This document shows, piece by piece, positions 9,226 to 19,158 of a stretch of DNA of 64,000 nucleotides (position 1 is its first letter; each line of letters opens with the position of its first letter). This stretch comes from an uncultured Acidimicrobiaceae bacterium (GTDB lineage Bacteria; Actinomycetota; Acidimicrobiia; Acidimicrobiales; Bog-793). The notes beneath the pieces are model-generated. The model saw nothing but the letters and a program-made list of their open reading frames with translations, had not been told where the DNA came from and ran no database searches. The position numbers and the translations under genes are program-made. The stretch is from contig CAWHOY010000007.1 in the NCBI GenBank assembly GCA_963831155.1, forward strand, positions 139,235 through 203,234, given 5' to 3'.

Positions 9226-10235
9226 AAACAAAGCTCTGCCATCGTCCGAAGCGCAACGAGATCGTCTGTCTGAACGATCAGGGTGTTCGCTCCGGACTCC
9301 CGCCAAGCCGCGAGCCGGTCGCTGATGCGATCGCGCGAGCCGACGAGGGCAACTTCGTCTACGAGTCGATCAGGCACCGCGGCGATCGCGTCGCGCGGTT
9401 TGCCGTCGAGGTACAGCTGCTGGATCCGCTCGGCGTCAGCCTCGTAGCCATAGCGGCGCGCGAGCTCGTTGTAGAAGTTCTTGTCACGCGCTCCCATGCC
9501 GCCGACGTAGAGGGCGAGGATCGGTCGGACGGCGTCGCGTCCGGCGGCGAGATCGCTCGTCAGCACCACCATCGCCGACGGAGCGATGTCGAAACCGTCG
9601 CGCGCCTGAAAACCGAAAATCTGGCGCGCACGTTCGGGCGAAAAGAAGATCGGCAACCAGCCGTCAGCGATCTCGAACGCGAGCTCAACATTCTTAGGTC
9701 CCAACGCGGCCAAGTAGATCGGGATCTCTGCGCGCAGCGGTCGCATCATCAACTTGAGCGGCTTGCCGAGTCCGGTGGCGCCGGGTCCGCGGTACGGGAC
9801 GGTGAGCTCCGACCCGTCGAGCTCGACCGTCTCGCGACGCAGCGCCCGGCGGACGAGTTCGACGTACTCGCTCGTTCTCGTCAGTGGTTTCCCCCAGGGT
9901 TGGCCGTGCCATCCTTCGACGACCTGTGGTCCCGAAGTGCCGAGTCCGAGCAGGAAGCGGCCCCCCGACATCAAATCGAGCGTGGCGGCGGTCATCGCCG
10001 TGTTCGCGGCAGTCCGGCCGGGGATCTGCAGGACCGCCGCGCCGACCTTGATCCTCGACGTCGTCGCGGCGAGCCAAGAGAGCACCGTGACCGCGTCGGT
10101 GCCCCACGCCTCCGACGCCCAGGCCGAGTCGTAGCCGAGATCCTCGGCGTGTCGTGCCATCTCGATGAGCACGAGCGGGTTCGTCCCCGGCGGTGCGTAC
10201 CCCATCGAGAAACCGAGCCGCACGACCGGCGACAC
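9222..10235 (-). CDS. LLM-class (probably F420-dependent) oxidoreductase
   Basis: 'GYDSAWASEAWGTDA', 'SGGRFLLGLGTSGPQVVEGWHG', 'IPIYLAALGPKN'. Start approximate. Confidence 0.9.
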   Translation of the reverse strand: MSPVVRLGFSMGYAPPGTNPLVLIEMARHAEDLGYDSAWASEAWGTDAVTVLSWLAATTSRIKVGAAVLQIPGRTAANTAMTAATLDLMSGGRFLLGLGTSGPQVVEGWHGQPWGKPLTRTSEYVELVRRALRRETVELDGSELTVPYRGPGATGLGKPLKLMMRPLRAEIPIYLAALGPKNVELAFEIADGWLPIFFSPERARQIFGFQARDGFDIAPSAMVVLTSDLAAGRDAVRPILALYVGGMGARDKNFYNELARRYGYEADAERIQQLYLDGKPRDAIAAVPDRLVDEVALVGSRDRISDRLAAWRESGANTLIVQTDDLVALRTMAELCL

Positions 10236-10270
10236 TAATTGCTTGCCCTCGCCGCGCACGAAGGGCGCGA

Positions 10271-10309
10271 CCCCTGATGGCGGGGAGTTTGCACCCCCGC
10301 CATCAGGGG
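10271..10309 (-). terminator. Perfect 15-bp hairpin just downstream of the ABC solute-binding gene
   Basis: cccctgatggcgggg (10271-10285) pairs with ccccgccatcagggg (10295-10309), 9-nt loop, about 18 nt past the stop. No U-tract, so terminator or mRNA-stabilising stem. Confidence 0.7.
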
Positions 10310-10327
10310 ATATGGCGAAGTGGTCCC

Positions 10328-11716
10328 TTACGCCGTCGACACGAGTGACGCCGGAGGAGTGGACGTCTTTCCCGTGTACTTCTTCACCGGGCCCGCGCCG
10401 ACGTTCGTCACCTCGACACCCGTCAGCGGCGATGTGCCGACCCAACTCCCCGTCGGGGTTACGGCTTTCGGAGCGGACGGGTTCAGCTTGACGACCTCGG
10501 CGCCTTGGAAGCCGTAATGGACGCTCTTTGAATACGAGAGCGGCACGAATCCGGGCGTGACGAACATCGCCCCGTCATTCTCGATCGCCAAGATCAATCC
10601 TTGCCGGGTCAGGTTCTTGCCGGCCGCCTTCAGCGCCTGCACGAATGAGTAGGCGAGCGCGATGCCGTACGCGGTGTTCCCGTCAAGGCCCGCCTTCTTC
10701 CACAGCGCCGGGGCGTAGTTCTGTAGCAGCTTCTTTTCGACCTTGACCCACGCATTCGAGACGTCGGACTCCGCCGGAAAGTAGGCGTCGGTGATCACGC
10801 CGTCCAACAGCCCAGAGGCGGCCGCAGCCTCCGCCGCCGTACCGCCACCCGCCTTGGTGAACGCCTCCAACAGCGGACCGACGGTCGGTGCGTCAGCACC
10901 GACGTTCGAGATCACGTACTGGGGGAAGAAGCCGATCTCTGCCGCCGGCAGCATCGCGAGCGCCGTCGCCGCGGGGATCGTCGCCATCGCGACGACTTGC
11001 GCACCGGCCGCCTTCAACGCCGCCATCTGGTCAGACAGCGGTCCGGACAGCGTCGCCGCGTCGTAGGTCTGTTGTGACACCACCGACGACGACGGAATCT
11101 CCATGTTCAATCCCTTGATGAAGTCCATGCCGAACTCGTCATCTTGGTAGAGGTAGCCGATCTTCTCGCCGGCGAAGTGGGTCTTGATGTACGCGCCGAG
11201 GATTTTCCCCTCAACCGTGTACGGCGGCTGCCAGCCGAAGCTCTCGGGGTACTTCGGATTGCTCCAGCAGTTGCACCCCGACTCGATGAACAGCTGCGGC
11301 ACCTTTTGCGAGTTCAGGTACCCCTGCACCGCCGCCTGCGTCGGGGTCCCCAGCGATCCAACGTCGGCGAAGATGTTGTCCTCGAGGACGAGCTTGCGGG
11401 TCAGCGTCGCCGTATTGGCGGGGTCGTACGCGTCATCGAGATACGTGTAGTGGATCGTGCGCCCGTACACCCCGCCGTGCGCATTCACCCAGTCGAAGAC
11501 CGCGTCCATCGCCGGTGCGATCTCGTCGTATCCCGGAGCGGCCGGCCCCGTCAGTGGGACCGTCGCGCCGATACGGATCGACGCCGGCGTGACGCCCGGC
11601 GTCGACGATGCCGTAGCCGTGCTCGTCAGCACCGTTGCCGACAGCGCGGCCACCATGGCGCCAACCACGAGCACCCGCGCCAAATTGCCGATCAATTTGG
11701 CTCTTGTCTGTCTCAT
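10328..11716 (-). CDS. LIV-type (Peripla_BP_6-like) ABC transporter substrate-binding protein
   Basis: Signal peptide, 'PLTGPAA', 'NAHGGVYGR', 'DDAYDP'; RBS 'aaaggag' before ATG 11716. Confidence 0.9.
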   Translation of the reverse strand: MRQTRAKLIGNLARVLVVGAMVAALSATVLTSTATASSTPGVTPASIRIGATVPLTGPAAPGYDEIAPAMDAVFDWVNAHGGVYGRTIHYTYLDDAYDPANTATLTRKLVLEDNIFADVGSLGTPTQAAVQGYLNSQKVPQLFIESGCNCWSNPKYPESFGWQPPYTVEGKILGAYIKTHFAGEKIGYLYQDDEFGMDFIKGLNMEIPSSSVVSQQTYDAATLSGPLSDQMAALKAAGAQVVAMATIPAATALAMLPAAEIGFFPQYVISNVGADAPTVGPLLEAFTKAGGGTAAEAAAASGLLDGVITDAYFPAESDVSNAWVKVEKKLLQNYAPALWKKAGLDGNTAYGIALAYSFVQALKAAGKNLTRQGLILAIENDGAMFVTPGFVPLSYSKSVHYGFQGAEVVKLNPSAPKAVTPTGSWVGTSPLTGVEVTNVGAGPVKKYTGKTSTPPASLVSTA

Positions 11717-11785
11717 GTCTGCTCCTTTGTTTTTCTCTGCATCTCGACACATCGCTGTGTCCGTCACGATTCCTTGCGATCTCTG

Positions 11786-12892
11786 TCAATGACGATCTGG
11801 GCGTGTCGCATTGAGGAGGTGAGCCGCTGGTCTTGCGCTTCGGGAACGCAACCAAAGCACCGACGCTTGACTCCACAGCTTGCGGAGACCTCCTTGAATG
11901 CCGGAAGGAAGGGCGATCATCACCACGATCAAGACTGCGCCGAAAAAGATAGTGGCGAGGTACGCGTTTGCCCCGCTCCCGAGACTGAAGTGCGAAGAGA
12001 GGGATGTCGACCACTGCGGGACGTACACCAACAGGACCGCACCCCACACCATCCCGACGAGACTCCCACTGCCGGCGATCACCATCGCGGCGAGTAACTG
12101 AATGGAAAGTGTAAGCGGGAATTCCCCCGTACTCACGACGCCAGTCGATAACGCGAGGAATGAACCGGCCAGCCCGGCACACGCCGCGCTGACAACGAAG
12201 GCAGTGACCTTGGTCCGCGCGACATGCACACCCGCGAGGGCCGCCGCGACTTCGTCATCGCGCACTGCGCGAAAAGCACGACCAAAACGGCTGCGAAGCA
12301 GGTTGGCCAAGAAGACGAGCGTCAGCAACGCTCCCGCCATTTCGATCCACGCCAACCACTGATACGAATTGATCGAACCAGGCGCGGTCGGCACCGTCGT
12401 CGTGAGGCCTTGATCGCCGCCGAAGACGCTGTTCCATTTGTCGGCGATCGGAGGAAGCGCCAAGGCGACGAGCAAGGTCATACCGGCGAGATACGGACCC
12501 TTCAACCGGGTCGCCGAGACCCCGACCAAAAGGCCCAACACGGCGGCCGCTCCGATTGAGATCAACAGTTCAAGAATGAAGTTGATCTGTGTGTGGGTCA
12601 TGAGAAGCGCCACGGTGTATGCGCCAACGGCCATGAAGGCTCCGTTGCCGAGCGAGATCTGACCGCTGACGCCGGTGAGCACACTCAGTCCGGCCAGCGC
12701 GATCGCGTACAAGGCGATCTCCCCCGCCAAGTAGTCGTTGTATTGGCTCAACGCGTTGGTGACGAAGTACAAGATCGCAGCGCCGCACAACGCCAGCGTC
12801 AGGTGTCGAATCAGGGGCTGCTGGGCGAGAAGGGTCCAACGTCGCCGCCGAGCGCGACCACCGCTCGAGGGTGCGAGAGCGACGTCGGTCAA
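11786..12892 (-). CDS. Branched-chain amino acid-type ABC permease (LivM-like)
   Basis: 'GQISLG', 'SRFGRAFRAVRDDEVAA', multiple TM helices. Confidence 0.9.
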   Translation of the reverse strand: MTDVALAPSSGGRARRRRWTLLAQQPLIRHLTLALCGAAILYFVTNALSQYNDYLAGEIALYAIALAGLSVLTGVSGQISLGNGAFMAVGAYTVALLMTHTQINFILELLISIGAAAVLGLLVGVSATRLKGPYLAGMTLLVALALPPIADKWNSVFGGDQGLTTTVPTAPGSINSYQWLAWIEMAGALLTLVFLANLLRSRFGRAFRAVRDDEVAAALAGVHVARTKVTAFVVSAACAGLAGSFLALSTGVVSTGEFPLTLSIQLLAAMVIAGSGSLVGMVWGAVLLVYVPQWSTSLSSHFSLGSGANAYLATIFFGAVLIVVMIALPSGIQGGLRKLWSQASVLWLRSRSARPAAHLLNATRPDRH

Positions 12893-12893
12893 C

Positions 12894-13772
12894 TCAGACC
12901 TGCCGCGCGGCGGGCCGAGCGAAGATCCCCTCTGGCCGCGCCATCAGTGCGACCATCAACAACACCAACGCTCCGAGGGGCTCAAGACCGGATCCCAGAT
13001 AGCCACCGACGTAGGAGATGCACAGCCCCGTGACGAGTCCCCCGATCAGGGCACCGACCGGACTCTCGAGCCCCCCGATCACCGATGCCGTGAACGCGTA
13101 GATGAGAACAAGATCCATGTAATAGGGCCCGAAAGAGCTCGTCGGTGCCGTCAAAAGACCGGCCAACGCGCCCGCCACCCCGGCGAGCGCCCAGCCGAGC
13201 GTGAGCAGGATGCCGACGCGCACCCCGAGCAAGCGGGAGATCTCTCGGGCGAAAGCCGACGCCCGCATCCGAAGGCCGAGCGTCGTCGCCCTGAACAACA
13301 CGAGCATCGCGCCCATCAGCAAAAGGACCGCTACCAAGATGAAGACGTCGAAGTGTGAAAAGGCGATTCTCGTGTGACCGACAACGAGACCGCTCTGCGA
13401 GTACGCGGCGGGAAAGCCGCGGCTCGAGTTGCCGTAGACGGCGCCGGCAATTCCTTCGAGCACGACTAACAGTCCGATCGTCACGATCACCGGGTTGAGC
13501 TCGGACTTACCCGCGAAGGGACGGATGAGGACGCGCTCGATGAGCGCCCCCATGACAAAACCGATCGCCAGCACCGCGACGAACGCCCACCAGTACGACA
13601 GACCCTGATCGAGAAGGCTCAAGGCGATGAACGTCGTCATCATTCCCATCGCCCCTTGCGCGAAGTTGATGATCCTCGTCGCGCGATAAATCAACACGAG
13701 CGCCAGCGCGAGCGAAGCGAAGATCATTCCTTCGGTGAGACCATTCAACGTGTAGTTGATGAACAGGCTCAC
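12894..13772 (-). CDS. Branched-chain amino acid-type ABC permease (LivH-like)
   Basis: 'INFAQG', 'TTLGLRMRA', C-terminal 'RPEGIF'. Confidence 0.9.
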   Translation of the reverse strand: MSLFINYTLNGLTEGMIFASLALALVLIYRATRIINFAQGAMGMMTTFIALSLLDQGLSYWWAFVAVLAIGFVMGALIERVLIRPFAGKSELNPVIVTIGLLVVLEGIAGAVYGNSSRGFPAAYSQSGLVVGHTRIAFSHFDVFILVAVLLLMGAMLVLFRATTLGLRMRASAFAREISRLLGVRVGILLTLGWALAGVAGALAGLLTAPTSSFGPYYMDLVLIYAFTASVIGGLESPVGALIGGLVTGLCISYVGGYLGSGLEPLGALVLLMVALMARPEGIFARPAARQV

Positions 13773-13781
13773 GGTGACTCC

Positions 13782-14489
13782 TCAGAACCCTAGGTAGTGG
13801 TGACGCATCTTGCTGTCGCTTGCGAGAACGTCGGCGGAATCGGACGCCACGACCTCGCCCAAGTTGAGCACGACGGCGTGACGAGAGACTGAGAGTGCGC
13901 TACGGGCGTTCTGTTCAACGAGTACTACCGTCATGTCGGAACCTGCCGTCTGCTCCACCAACAACGCCATCAGTTGCGCGGCGATCAATGGCGCGAGCCC
14001 CAACGAAGGTTCGTCGAGCAGGAGAAGTCGCGGGCTCGTGATCAACGCTCGCCCGACGACCAGCATCTGGCGCTCTCCACCCGAGAGCACCGACGCACGG
14101 TTGTTGCGGAACTCGCCCAACCGCGGGAACAGCTCGAACGTTTTCTCAATCGCAGCGCGGCGTTCGCGCCGCCCCATACGCCACAGGGTGGCGACGCGCA
14201 GGTTCTCCTCGACGGTGAGTTCCTCGATGATCCCCCGCCCTTCCGGCACGTGGGCAACGCCCCGGCGCGCGATGTTCTCCACCGACCTTCCCAACAACTC
14301 TTCTCCTACGAATCGGACCGAGCCGTCGCGCGGCTTGGTCAAACCGCTGATCGTGCGGAGCAGCGTCGTTTTGCCCGCTCCGTTCGCGCCGAGAACCGCG
14401 GTGATCGCTCCCTCGTCAGCGATGAATGACACCGATCGGAGAGCGTTCACGGCGCCGTAGGAGACGCTGAGGTCCTTTACCTCAAGCAT
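13782..14489 (-). CDS. ABC ATPase (LivF-like)
   Basis: Walker A 'GANGAGKT', 'LSGGERQML', 'LLLDEPSLGLAP', 'VEQN'. Start ATG 14489. Confidence 0.92.
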   Translation of the reverse strand: MLEVKDLSVSYGAVNALRSVSFIADEGAITAVLGANGAGKTTLLRTISGLTKPRDGSVRFVGEELLGRSVENIARRGVAHVPEGRGIIEELTVEENLRVATLWRMGRRERRAAIEKTFELFPRLGEFRNNRASVLSGGERQMLVVGRALITSPRLLLLDEPSLGLAPLIAAQLMALLVEQTAGSDMTVVLVEQNARSALSVSRHAVVLNLGEVVASDSADVLASDSKMRHHYLGF

Positions 14490-15324
14490 CGCCAGGCTCT
14501 CGCGAACTCGCGGCAGGTGAGGAAAGGTCGGTTCCGAGATATGCGGTCGCCACCTCGGGATCGGTTCGAATCTCCGCGGGCGTGCCATCTGCAATCACCC
14601 TGCCGAAGTTCAGAACGACGACGCGGTCGCAAACGGATGTGACGAGATCCATGTGATGCTCAACGAGGAGTATTCCCATCCGTGGAGTCAGGTTCTTGAT
14701 CTCGGTGACTAACTCATCCATCTCACGATTCGAAAGCCCACTTGCTGGCTCGTCGAGCAGCAGCATCCGTGGCGCGGCGATAAGGGCGCGGGCGAGGGCG
14801 GCGCGCTTTTGGATGGCGTATGGCAGCGCGATCGGCAGTTGCTGCGCGTAGGTACCAATGTTGAGAACGTCGAGCAGCTCGCGGGCCTCTCTGGCGAGGC
14901 GGCGCTCTTCCCGACTTGAGCGCCATATGCCGAGCATCGCCGAACCGATGTCGGACCGAAGACGAGCTTGCGCGCCGAGCATCACATTCTCGAGAACCGT
15001 CATCCCACGACAGAGTCCAATGCCCTGAAGAGTTCTGGCGATGCCGATCTCGTTCAGGTCGTGCGGATGGTGGCGATGAAGCGCTAACCCGTTGAAAGTG
15101 ATGTCGCCCGAAACCGGACGGATGAAACCGCAAATCGCGTTGAACAACGTCGTCTTGCCGGCACCGTTGGGCCCGATGAGCCCGACGATCTCGCCTTGAT
15201 TTGCCGACATCGACACATCGTCCAGCGCGAGTAGACCACCGAACTCGACGCTGAGTCCGTCGACAACGAGCATCGCCTCATCGATTTTCGTGCGAGCCTC
15301 GGATTGCAACGCGACCGACATCAT
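14482..15324 (-). CDS. ABC ATPase (LivG-like)
   Basis: 'GPNGAGKTT', 'LLLDEPASG', 'VEHHM', C-terminal 'AYLG'. Confidence 0.92.
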   Translation of the reverse strand: MMSVALQSEARTKIDEAMLVVDGLSVEFGGLLALDDVSMSANQGEIVGLIGPNGAGKTTLFNAICGFIRPVSGDITFNGLALHRHHPHDLNEIGIARTLQGIGLCRGMTVLENVMLGAQARLRSDIGSAMLGIWRSSREERRLAREARELLDVLNIGTYAQQLPIALPYAIQKRAALARALIAAPRMLLLDEPASGLSNREMDELVTEIKNLTPRMGILLVEHHMDLVTSVCDRVVVLNFGRVIADGTPAEIRTDPEVATAYLGTDLSSPAASSREPGDA

Positions 15325-15436
15325 CGATGTCTCGAGCGCAAGAACCGCGCTCGCTTACGAGACCGAACCGCGGATCCGAGATCCGCGAGTGGCACTCGAC
15401 ACGCTCCCCACTTGCCCAGCACGATTCGCCGACCAG

Positions 15437-17038
15437 CTATGAAATCGGCGACGGCGCGGCGACGAACTGTTCGCGCAGCGCTGTCTTGCGGTATTTGCCC
15501 ACTGCGGTCTTTGGTATTTCGGTCATGAACTCGAAACGATCCGGCAGCTGCCACTTTGCGAAGTGCGGAGCGAGGAACTCGCGTAGCTCGTCGGCGGTCG
15601 CCGAAGCTCCCGGCTCGAGCACGACCGCGGCGAGCGGGCGCTCCTGCCAAGTCTCGTCTGGGATCGCGATCACCGCCGCCTCGGCGACTGCCGGATGAGC
15701 GATCAATGCGTTCTCGAGGTCGACCGACGAGATCCATTCACCGCCCGATTTGATGATGTCCTTCGCGCGATCTTTGATCTGGACGAAGCCACGTGGATGC
15801 ATCGAGACGATGTCACCGGTTCTAAACCATCCGTCGTCGGTCCAGCGGTCGGCCTGTTCGGCGTCGTCGTAGTAGGACGCGGCGACCCATGGACCGCGCA
15901 CTTCGAGTTCGCCCATCGTTTCCCCGTTCCAAGGGACATCTTCGCCTCCGTTACGGGCGCGGACTTCCACAAACGGCAGCGGCAGGCCGGCCATCGCCGC
16001 AAAGTCGTACTGGGTCTCTTGATCTGCGTTGCGGAGGTCGCCGATGAAATCCGTGGTCGAAGCGACGGGCGACGTCTCGGTCATCCCCCAACCCTGCACG
16101 ACGGTAAGGCCATGACGCTCCTTGTAGGCGGTGATCATCGCCCGCGGTACCGCGGCACCTCCGACGAGCATTCCGCGCAGGCGCGAGAGATCCCATCGAT
16201 CTGGTTCTGCGTCGAGCAGGCGCAGCATCCCGAGCCAGATCGTCGGCACTCCCGCCGTCCACGTGACACCTTCGCTGGCAAGGTCGTCGAGGAGGCTCTC
16301 GGGATCGAGGTACTGCCCCGGCAGGACGAGCTTGGATCCGAGCATCGTCGCAATGTACGGGTAGCCCCAGGCGTTCACGTGGAACATCGGCACGACCGGC
16401 AGGATCGTGTCCGCCTCTTGGAGACCGAGGCCGAGCGGCGCGAGCGAGGCGACCCCGAGTGCGTGCAGGATCGTCGAGCGGTGCGAATAGACGACCCCCT
16501 TCGGCCGGCCGGTCGTGCCACTCGTGAAACACATCGCCGCGGCTTCGCGCTCGTCGAGATCGGGGTCTTGCCATTCGTCCGGGTCTGCCGTTGCGAGCAA
16601 CTCTTCGTACGAGTCCTCGACGACAAAGACGTGCTCGAACGAAGTCTGGTCGCGGATCCGTTCGTAAAGCGGCAACGCCGATCGGTCGACAATGAGGACG
16701 CGGTCGCCAGCGTGGTCGGCAATGTACGCGACGTCGTTCGGGTGCAAGCGCAGATTGATCGTGTGCAGGACGAAGCCTCCACACGGCACGCCGAAATACG
16801 CCTCGAGATGCTGGTGGTGGTTGAAGCAGAGCGTCGCAACCCGGTCACCACGTTCAAGCCCCAGTGCTCCGAGCGCCACCGCGAGCTGCTTTGACCGTCG
16901 CACCATTTCTTTGTAGGTGTAGCGATGGAAGCTCTTGTCGGGCAGGCGGCTGACGACCTGCTTGTCGCCGAAGAACGTTTCGGCGCGCCGCAGCAGCGGC
17001 GGCAACGTCAACTGGAAGTCCATCATCTGGCCGTTCAC
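15437..17038 (-). CDS. Medium/long-chain acyl-CoA ligase (AlkK/DmdB-like)
   Basis: '[11 protein letters not shown]', '[10 protein letters not shown]', 'WGMTE', '[16 protein letters not shown]'. Start GTG 17038. Confidence 0.92.
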   Translation of the reverse strand: MNGQMMDFQLTLPPLLRRAETFFGDKQVVSRLPDKSFHRYTYKEMVRRSKQLAVALGALGLERGDRVATLCFNHHQHLEAYFGVPCGGFVLHTINLRLHPNDVAYIADHAGDRVLIVDRSALPLYERIRDQTSFEHVFVVEDSYEELLATADPDEWQDPDLDEREAAAMCFTSGTTGRPKGVVYSHRSTILHALGVASLAPLGLGLQEADTILPVVPMFHVNAWGYPYIATMLGSKLVLPGQYLDPESLLDDLASEGVTWTAGVPTIWLGMLRLLDAEPDRWDLSRLRGMLVGGAAVPRAMITAYKERHGLTVVQGWGMTETSPVASTTDFIGDLRNADQETQYDFAAMAGLPLPFVEVRARNGGEDVPWNGETMGELEVRGPWVAASYYDDAEQADRWTDDGWFRTGDIVSMHPRGFVQIKDRAKDIIKSGGEWISSVDLENALIAHPAVAEAAVIAIPDETWQERPLAAVVLEPGASATADELREFLAPHFAKWQLPDRFEFMTEIPKTAVGKYRKTALREQFVAAPSPIS

Positions 17039-17210
17039 GTCGTGAACCTCCGTCGAAGTTGCATGCGCGATGCACCGCACCCGGTTCGGCGCGCGAACGG
17101 AGGCCCACACCGCCGCCCGGACGACTCCCGTGCCATCGACCGAATCGAGCCTTCGATCTCCTCGGCGATCGAGCGGTGGCGGCGTCCCGTCGGATCTGCT
17201 CCCTGCGTCG

Positions 17211-18042
17211 CTAATCGAGGAGCGCGTTTGCGATCTGCGCTCGGTGGTACTGGGCGTAGCCGCCGAACGCCTGGATCCACAACGCCCGCTTGTAATAGCG
17301 GTGCAGCGGGTTCTCCCAGGTGAAGCCCATCCCGCCATGGACTTGGATCGATCGTTCGCACGCCGCGACGGCAGCATCGGCCGCATAGCTCTTCGCCGCA
17401 GCGGAAGCGACCCGGGCGTCCTCGTCTCCTTCGGCGACGCACCACGCGGCCCAGTACGCGAGCGAGCGGGCGAGCTCGGTTTCGCGGAAGGTGTCGGCGA
17501 GCTTGTGGGAAACCGCCTGATACGTGCCGATCGGCTTGCCGAATTGCTCCCGTGACTTCGCGTGTTCGACCCCGAGTTCGAGCGCCCGCTGCGCGATGCC
17601 GACAGCCTCGAGCGCGAGCGCGGCGAGCGCGCGATCTCGAATGCGCTGCCGCGAGGGCGGCGTCGTTCACGACCACCACTTCGTCGACGAGGTCGCGGTC
17701 GGGAGTCGGAAAGTCGGCAAGCTCCGCTGTGTAGGTCCTTTCACCGGCGGCGACTTCGCCTTGGCGCTCCGGGCTGAGTGCGGGGAGGGCGAGACCGATC
17801 GTCGCGAAGTACGGACCCCGATAGAGCGCACGGCCGATCTCCTCGAATAGCACCGCCTCCTCGAGGAAGGTCAGGCCCGCTCCCCCCCGTGCTTCCGGCA
17901 CCGAGATGCCGGTCCAGCCCAGCTTGGCGATCTCCTGCCACGAGTTTTTGTCCCATGCGCCGTCGCTCGGAAAATGGTCCTCGAGGTAGCGGCGCGCCTC
18001 TCGGCGCAAGTGCTCTTGTTCGTCGGTGAAGGCGAACTCCAT
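17211..18042 (-). pseudogene. Acyl-CoA dehydrogenase (second subunit of a tandem pair), frameshifted near 17650
   Basis: N-half 'MEFAFTDEQ...LGWTGISVPE...EEIGRAL' is in one frame. C-half 'RIRDRALAALALEAVG...REQFGKPIG...QVHGGMGFTWE...LLD*' is in another frame. The start overlaps the upstream stop (TGATG). Confidence 0.8.
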
Positions 18043-19136
18043 CAGCGCGACCTCGGCAAGCCGAGCACGCGCTCGGCAACGATGCTGCGCAGGATCTCGC
18101 TCGTCCCTGCTTCGATCGTGTTCCCGCGGCTGCGCAGTTGCTGGTAGCGCCAGTAACCGTCGTCTTCGCCGCCGAGAATCTCCATCGCCAGCTTCGTCAG
18201 TCGCTGGTTCTGCTCCGACCAGTGCAGCTTCGCGATCGAGCCCTCGGGCCCCGGCATTCCCTTCCCGATCAGCGCCGTCAGCGCGCGGTAGTTCGTGAAC
18301 TTGAGAGCCTGCAGCTCGATCCATTCCTGCGCCACCCGGTCGCGGATGAGCGGGTCGTCCTTCGCACGTGCCTTGGCCAGGGTGACGAGCCGGCGCACCT
18401 GCGCGTCAAGCACACCGGTGAGGGCGATGCCGAAGGTTCCCCGCTCGTGCAACAGGGTCGTCATCGCGACCTGCCAGCCGCCGCCGACCTCTCCGAGGAG
18501 GCTCTCGCGCGGCACTTCGAAGTCGGTGAAGAAGATCTCGTTGAACTCCGATTCACCGGTGATCTGACGCAGCGGCCTCACCTCGACGCCCGGCGCGTGC
18601 ATGTCAGCAATGACATACGTCAGCCCCGCTTGGCGCTGTGACTCGGGGTCGCTGCGACCGAGGAGAATGCAGAAATCGGCGAGGTGCGCAAACGACGACC
18701 ACACCTTCTGACCGTTGACGAGAAAGTGGTCGTCCTTCGGCTCGATGCGCGTGCGGACCGAGGCGAGGTCGGAGCCGGCGCCCGGCTCAGAAAAGCCCTG
18801 GCACCAGATTTCCTCCGCGGAGAGGATCGTCGGCAGATACCGCTTTTTCTGCACCTCGCTGCCGTGGAACATGATCGTCGGGCCGGCCATGCCGACCCCG
18901 ATCGGGTTGGAGTGATTCGGCGCCTCGGCGAGCGCGAACTCCTCGAGGACGATCGCCTGGTGGCCGTACGGCTTTCCGCCGCCGCCGTACTCGATCGGCC
19001 ACGTGACACCGGCGTAACCGGCTTCGTGCATTTTGCGGCTCCACTCGCGGTCCGACCCCGCCGGCAGGTTCGCCGCCAGCCATTGGCGCACCTCGCCGCG
19101 AAAGGCCGACTCTTCTGGGGTGTCCCGGAGATCCAC
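18042..19136 (-). CDS. Acyl-CoA dehydrogenase (catalytic-type subunit of a tandem pair)
   Basis: 'WCQGFSEPGAGSDLAS', 'NGQKVWSS', 'FNEIFF', 'TIEAGTSEI'. Confidence 0.92.
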   Translation of the reverse strand: MDLRDTPEESAFRGEVRQWLAANLPAGSDREWSRKMHEAGYAGVTWPIEYGGGGKPYGHQAIVLEEFALAEAPNHSNPIGVGMAGPTIMFHGSEVQKKRYLPTILSAEEIWCQGFSEPGAGSDLASVRTRIEPKDDHFLVNGQKVWSSFAHLADFCILLGRSDPESQRQAGLTYVIADMHAPGVEVRPLRQITGESEFNEIFFTDFEVPRESLLGEVGGGWQVAMTTLLHERGTFGIALTGVLDAQVRRLVTLAKARAKDDPLIRDRVAQEWIELQALKFTNYRALTALIGKGMPGPEGSIAKLHWSEQNQRLTKLAMEILGGEDDGYWRYQQLRSRGNTIEAGTSEILRSIVAERVLGLPRSR

Positions 19137-19158
19137 GGCGAAACAGTACGCGATCGCC

